From NCBI GenBank assembly GCA_965285935.1, contig OZ260664.1:108190001-108254000 (forward strand): a DNA stretch of 64,000 nt, given 5' to 3'. A model generated the notes under the pieces. The model was not told where the DNA came from. It worked only from the letters and a program-made list of their open reading frames with translations, and searched no databases. The stretch is from Ophelia neglecta. Lineage: Eukaryota. This document shows positions 63,461 to 64,000 of the stretch, piece by piece (the stretch's first letter is position 1; every line of letters begins with the position of its first letter). Position numbers and translations under genes: made by a program.

Positions 63461-63556
63461 TTAAGGTTTTAGTTAAGGATATTATAGGTTGCAATGTAAG
63501 TTGTAGTGATTTCTGCCATAATTGGTTTAAATGAAGCAGGTTCATTGGGGCCGCTG

Positions 63557-63937
63557 TGTTACGGCAGATATCAGTAGTGTTGCGGATGAAGTCAGTAGTA
63601 TAATATATTTTGTCGTTGATGTGAGAGTCGCCGTAACAGTGCGCCATCTATAGTATAACTATGTAGTCGTGTCACAGGTCACGCTATATCACGTGTTAGA
63701 GATGTTAGAGATCGGAAAATGTCAGCGTCGGACGTATGTCAGGTCATCTGTCGCTATATATGTACAATAATGTGTAAGTAGGTTGTCCTAAAGTATGTAA
63801 TTTGTAAGTTGGTTCCGTCTTCGTCCGGTCATCTTGTAATTTGTAGGTTTTATGTAAATTTTGTATGTTTTTCTTGTAGTAAACCGAATCAATATGAACT
63901 GAAGAAAACTTGAGGTTTTGTGTTTCTTGACGTTACA
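63557..63937 (+). repeat. 3' LTR (381 bp)
   Basis: Copy of 56791-57171. Preceded by attggggccgctg at the PPT position. Confidence 0.97.
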
Positions 63938-64000
63938 AAGGGTAACAGGTGAGAAGCCTTCTAAAGAGTTTCTTTTAATTCGGGCAACGGAGGTCAGCCT

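Larger units (their letters stand above)
56791..63937 (+). mobile_element. full-length BEL/Pao LTR retrotransposon
   Basis: TG...CA LTRs, 5-bp TSD AAGGG (56786-56790 and 63938-63942), single gag-pol ORF. Confidence 0.97.

Overview
Eukaryotic, AT-rich, repeat-rich genomic DNA, probably from an invertebrate such as a mollusc (inferred from the repeat content, not proven). Two coding units are well supported. (1) A three-exon patched-related, sterol-sensing-domain RND transporter gene (PTCHD3-like) on the + strand: CDS join 46323-47418, 49371-49571, 50842-52661, 1038 aa. (2) An intact, very recent BEL/Pao LTR retrotransposon at 56791-63937, with 381-bp LTRs that look identical, an AAGGG target-site duplication and a single 2087-aa gag-pol ORF. 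The first ~46 kb has no supportable gene. It holds several minisatellite arrays (38, 35, 39, 76 and 37/71/80 bp units, four of them clustered at 20.4-31 kb), MITEs, SINE pieces and LINE remnants. I cannot demonstrate a new biological system from the sequence alone. The best leads are: a Cys replacing the conserved TM10 acidic residue of the patched-family charge triad; a young BEL element with no canonical tRNA primer site, an internal inverted copy of its LTR terminus, an LTR intron candidate and an overlapping uORF; and several snapshots of satellite birth and evolution.
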